Source: Acidobacteriota bacterium
GTDB taxonomy: Bacteria > Acidobacteriota > Thermoanaerobaculia > Multivoradales > UBA5704
Reading direction: 5' to 3'
DNA length: 19,299 bases
Assembly: GCA_040005235.1 (NCBI GenBank)
Contig: JBDTZG010000083.1
Span: forward strand, 1 to 19,299
Part shown: positions 15,831-19,299 of the stretch, piece by piece
How positions within the stretch are numbered: the stretch's first letter is position 1
How the letters are laid out: each line of letters starts with the position of its first letter
Position numbers and translations under genes: made by a program
Notes under the pieces: generated by a model
Seen by the model: the letters and a program-made list of their open reading frames with translations, nothing else
The model's database searches: none
What the model was told of the DNA's origin: nothing

Positions 15831-17189
15831 TCAGAACGGGGCAGAGTGATCGAGGCCATGGCGGTCCAAATTGCGGAAGCTAGTGGTTTCGCCCAGGAAG
15901 ACCAGCTCGACCGTACCGGTTTCGCCGTTCCTGTGCTTGGCGATGATCAGCTCGGCGAGCCCTTTCTTGTCCGGGTCGTCCTGGTTGTAGACCTCATCGC
16001 GATAGACGAACGCCACCATGTCGGCGTCCTGTTCGATGGACCCCGACTCGCGAAGATCCGAAAGCTGCGGCCGATGGTCGCTCCCCCGCCGCTCGGGGGC
16101 TCGCGAGAGCTGGGAGAGTGCGATCACGGGTAATTCCAGCTCCTTGGCGAGCTGTTTCAAGCCCCGGCTGATCGCCGCGATCTCCAGGTTGCGGTTCTCG
16201 TATTTCCCCCCCGCCTGCATCAGCTGGAGGTAGTCGAGGATCACCAGCGCGAGCCCCTTCTCGGCCTTCAGACGGCGCGCCTTCGAGGCGATTTCGAGCA
16301 GGGTCGGGTTCGGCGAGTCGTCGATGTAGAGCGGTACGTCGGCGGTCGCGCGAACAACCTGATGGACCCGCGTCCACTGCTGGTGCGACAGGGTCCCGGA
16401 GCGCAGACGGGAAAACGACACGTCGGCCTCCGAGCAAAGAATGCGCAGCGCCAGCTCCTGCTGGCTCATTTCGAGTGAGAACACCCCCACGGTCCGCTTT
16501 TCGCGGATCGCCACGTGCTGGGCCATATTGAGCGCGATGCTGGTCTTACCCATGCCGGGACGGCCGGCGATGATGATCAGGTTCCCCTTGTTCAGGCCGT
16601 GGGTGATCCGGTCGAGATCGGTAAATCCCGTGGGGATGCCAATCAGAGTCGAGCCCGGACGCTCTTCCAGCTCTTCGAGCGTGGTGTGGAAGACATGGGA
16701 GAGGATGACGAAGCCGCGTTGGACGGCTTCTTCGCCCAGTCCCAGAATCGCCTGCTCGGCCCGGCCGAGCGCCTCGGCGGCCTCGACGCCGCCGTCCAGG
16801 CAGTCGCGGATGATCTTGCCCGAAGCCTCGATCAACCGGCGGCGGACCGAGCGCTCCTTGACGATTTCGACGTAGGAATCGAGCCGGCCCAGGTCGGGCA
16901 GATCGAGATCGAGGTTCGCGAGGTAGGAGATCCCTCCCGCCTTCTCGAACAGCGCCTGCTGCTCCAACTTCGCCTGAACCGTCCGCAGATCGATCCCGAC
17001 CTGCTCCTCCTGCAGCTCCAACATCACCCGATAGAGGATCTGATGGCGCTCGCCGTAGAAATCCTCCGGTTTGAGCCGCCCGGAGATCGTCGGCAGCAGC
17101 GCCTGATCGAGCATCACCCCGGCGAGCACCGCCCGCTCGGACTCCTCGCTGTGCGGGAGCGCTTTTTGAGGACTGAGGGTTTCGAGCAT
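15831..17189 (-). CDS. dnaB: replicative DNA helicase
   Basis: PHS.E.E..VL N-terminus, Walker A AGRPGMGKT, DYLQLM, LSQLSR, SDLRESGSIEQDAD and AKHRNG. No intein insertion. Confidence 0.98.
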   Translation of the reverse strand: MLETLSPQKALPHSEESERAVLAGVMLDQALLPTISGRLKPEDFYGERHQILYRVMLELQEEQVGIDLRTVQAKLEQQALFEKAGGISYLANLDLDLPDLGRLDSYVEIVKERSVRRRLIEASGKIIRDCLDGGVEAAEALGRAEQAILGLGEEAVQRGFVILSHVFHTTLEELEERPGSTLIGIPTGFTDLDRITHGLNKGNLIIIAGRPGMGKTSIALNMAQHVAIREKRTVGVFSLEMSQQELALRILCSEADVSFSRLRSGTLSHQQWTRVHQVVRATADVPLYIDDSPNPTLLEIASKARRLKAEKGLALVILDYLQLMQAGGKYENRNLEIAAISRGLKQLAKELELPVIALSQLSRAPERRGSDHRPQLSDLRESGSIEQDADMVAFVYRDEVYNQDDPDKKGLAELIIAKHRNGETGTVELVFLGETTSFRNLDRHGLDHSAPF

Positions 17190-17254
17190 CGAGGGGAGTC
17201 AACAGGGATGGCGCGGAGTTCATTCTCCCGCAACGGACGGCCAAGCGGCAAGCG

Positions 17255-17272
17255 GTAGGGGGCCACCCCTAC
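17255..17272. repeat. short inverted repeat GTAGGGG-gcca-CCCCTAC
   Basis: Perfect 7-bp arms in the dnaB/MFS divergent intergenic region. Confidence 0.45.
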
Positions 17273-17313
17273 GAGAGAACCCTGCGATATCTTCATGCGG
17301 ACGGTTCGCTCCG

Positions 17314-18945
17314 ATGCCCCTGCCCCCCAAATCCCCCTGGCGCCCGTTGCGCTACCCGCTGCTCCGCTCGCTCTGGATTGCGAGCGTGGCCAGCAACGTC
17401 GGCACCTGGCTCCAGAGCGTCGGTGCCTCCTGGATGATGACGACGTTGACGCCTTCCTCCACCCAGGTGGCGATGGTCCAGGTGGCGACGAGCCTGCCGA
17501 TGTTCCTGCTCGCTCTGCCGTCCGGAGCGCTCGCCGACGTAATGGACCGCCGCCGGCTCTTGGTCGTGACGCAGAGCTGGATGCTCGCCTCCGCCGCCGG
17601 GCTGGCGCTGGTCTCCGCGTTCGGCGGGGTGACTCCCGGACTGCTTCTGCTGTTCACCTTCCTGCTCGGCCTCGGTACCGCGTTCAACGGTCCGGCCTGG
17701 CAGGCGATCCTGCCGGAGCTGGTGCCGAGGGAAGAGCTGCCCGAGGCGATCGTCTTGAACAGCGTCGGGTTCAACATCGCGCGCGCCGCGGGGCCTGCCT
17801 TGGGTGGCTTGATCGTCGCGGCGGCGGGACCGACGGCCACGTTTGCCCTGAACGCCGTCTCGTTCCTTGGGGTGCTCGCGGTCCTCCTCCGCTGGAAGCG
17901 CCCGATCGAGGAGTCGGTGTTGCCCACGGAGCGATTCTTGGGCGCGATGCAGACGGGGGTGCGTTACGTCCGCCACGCCCCGGAGCTGATCGCCGTGCTC
18001 TGGCGCGGCACGGCGTTCGTGTTCTGCGGCAGCGCCCTCTGGGCGCTCTTACCTGTCGTCGCCCGCGTCGAGCTGGGGCGCGGGCCGGGGGCCTACGGCC
18101 TGCTGCTCGGCCTGCTCGGGGTCGGCGCGGTCAGCGCGGCGTTCGTCCTCCCCCACCTCAAGAGGAACAACTCGACCGACCTGGTAGTGATCGTCGCCAC
18201 CCTGGTCTTTGCCGGGGGGATGCTGACCCTCGCATTCGTCCGCAATTTTCCGCTGATTCTGTTCGCCATGCTGCTCGCGGGCGGCGCCTGGCTTTCGGCG
18301 CTTTCGAGCATGAACGTGGCGTTTCAGACCTCGCTGCCCGCCTGGGTCCGGGCGCGCGCTCTCTCGGTCTATCTCCTCACCTTCTACGCCGGCCTCTCCG
18401 CCGGCAGCGCGCTCTGGGGCCTGCTCGCCGACCATTTCGGTCTGCGCGTCTCCCTCGTCGCGGCAGCCGCCACTACGGTCGTGGCCCTGTTGGCGACCGC
18501 CCGCTTCCACCTGCGCTCCGGCGAGGGGCTGAACCTCTCCCCCTCGCGCCAATGGCCGGCGCCGATCGTCGCCCACGAGCCGGAGCCCGACCGCGGACCG
18601 GTCCTGGTGAACGTCGAATACGAGGTCGATCCGGCCCAGGCCGCGGAATTCAGCGTCGCCATGCGCGAGCTGCGCCGGTCCCGCCTGCGCGACGGGGCCT
18701 ACGAATGGGGTCTGTTCGCCGACGCAAGCGAGCCCAACCACCACGTCGAGCAGTACCTGGTGGCTTCGTGGATCGAGCACCTGCGCCAGCACGAACGGGA
18801 AACCGTCGCCGACCGCGAGCTGAAGCGGAAGATCCGGACCTTCCAGACCGAACCCGGCCCGCCGAAGGTCCGGTATTTGATCGCCGAGCGGCCGGGGGAC
18901 CCGGCAACCCCTCCGCCCTTGTCCTCCCCCGATCCGCCCGCATAA
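17314..18945 (+). CDS. MFS transporter (MFS_3/DUF894-like) with a soluble C-terminal extension
   Basis: About 12 hydrophobic segments; motif A GALADVMDRRRLL; FN.AR..GPALGG; C-terminal R.RDGA..W.L and SW.EHLRQH.R. Confidence 0.92.
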   Translation: MPLPPKSPWRPLRYPLLRSLWIASVASNVGTWLQSVGASWMMTTLTPSSTQVAMVQVATSLPMFLLALPSGALADVMDRRRLLVVTQSWMLASAAGLALVSAFGGVTPGLLLLFTFLLGLGTAFNGPAWQAILPELVPREELPEAIVLNSVGFNIARAAGPALGGLIVAAAGPTATFALNAVSFLGVLAVLLRWKRPIEESVLPTERFLGAMQTGVRYVRHAPELIAVLWRGTAFVFCGSALWALLPVVARVELGRGPGAYGLLLGLLGVGAVSAAFVLPHLKRNNSTDLVVIVATLVFAGGMLTLAFVRNFPLILFAMLLAGGAWLSALSSMNVAFQTSLPAWVRARALSVYLLTFYAGLSAGSALWGLLADHFGLRVSLVAAAATTVVALLATARFHLRSGEGLNLSPSRQWPAPIVAHEPEPDRGPVLVNVEYEVDPAQAAEFSVAMRELRRSRLRDGAYEWGLFADASEPNHHVEQYLVASWIEHLRQHERETVADRELKRKIRTFQTEPGPPKVRYLIAERPGDPATPPPLSSPDPPA

Positions 18946-19036
18946 CATCCGTGATGTCCCGTCGTCGAATTACGATACGAATGCGCCATCACTTATTTAT
19001 CGCGCCGGACCGCCCGGTGGACGGAGCAACCTGCCC

Positions 19037-19299
19037 TTGAAAACCAAGATCCTCGTCACCGGCTCCCTCGGCCAGGTCGGCTCCGAGCTGGTGCCCGCCC
19101 TCCGCCGCCTGTACGGCCCCGACAATGTCGTCGCTTCGGACGTCCGGATGATGAGCCGGGAGCAGTTGCTGCGCACCGAGGGGCCGTTCGAGTTCCTCGA
19201 CTGCACGAACTCCCGCCAGATCCAGGAGATGGTGCGGCGCTACGAGATCGGCACCATCTTCCACCTGGTGGCGCTGCTGTCGGCCACCGGCGAGAGCCG
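19037..19299 (+). CDS. NAD-dependent epimerase/dehydratase-family protein, probably SDR-type L-threonine 3-dehydrogenase (partial, runs off the window)
   Basis: Not in the ORF track. Read manually from TTG 19037 with GGAG upstream: MKTKILVTGSLGQVGSELVPALRRLYGPDNVVASDVR...IFHLVALLSATGE. Contains Rossmann TGxxGQxG and HL.A.LSA.GE. Confidence 0.88.
   Translation, partial: MKTKILVTGSLGQVGSELVPALRRLYGPDNVVASDVRMMSREQLLRTEGPFEFLDCTNSRQIQEMVRRYEIGTIFHLVALLSATGES

Noticed and set aside
12000-15883. Long + strand ORFs (606 aa and 617 aa) antisense to the mla genes and alr
   Set aside because: Antisense shadow ORFs expected from high-GC codon bias; no recognisable motifs. The same applies to 357-1025, 1122-2453, 7304-8215 and most other track ORFs.
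15831-17189. Intein in dnaB
   Set aside because: 452 aa is a normal length and the helicase motifs are contiguous.
17295-19040. 581-aa ORF overlapping the MFS gene on the same strand
   Set aside because: Alternative frame with low-complexity Arg/Pro/Gly composition; the 17314 frame has all the MFS motifs.
213-19299. Possible genomic island integrated at tRNA-Leu
   Set aside because: No integrase or transposase. The only echo of the tRNA 3' end noticed is 9 bp (TTCGGCACC near 655, inside the carbonic anhydrase gene), too short to call an att site.

Overview
GC-rich bacterial chromosomal window. The protein families suggest Acidobacteriota, possibly Thermoanaerobaculia (inference only). From left to right it contains: divergent sigma70 promoters and tRNA-Leu(CAA); a beta-carbonic anhydrase; a 749-aa secreted multidomain protein whose central region carries lysyl-oxidase-like motifs; yaeQ; a Cys-rich MarR regulator and arsenite methyltransferase (arsM), each preceded by the same 19-bp operator-like motif; an FHA-like/AAA+ sigma54 activator with two HTHs, translationally coupled to a membrane Ser/Thr kinase with TPR-like repeats; two convergent genes encoding three homologous ~125-aa domains ending in (D/E)PTILV(E/D)PP, preceded by a near-consensus sigma54 promoter and an 11-bp-phased repeat array; a housekeeping run dnaB-alr-mlaE-mlaF-mlaD (minus strand); an MFS transporter; and the 5' part of an SDR-type threonine dehydrogenase. 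The best candidate for an undescribed system is the kinase / sigma54 activator / DP-motif protein module (5808-11493), with its apparent promoter and enhancer visible in the DNA. No mobile element or CRISPR array was seen. All family assignments come from reading motifs by eye; no database search was run.
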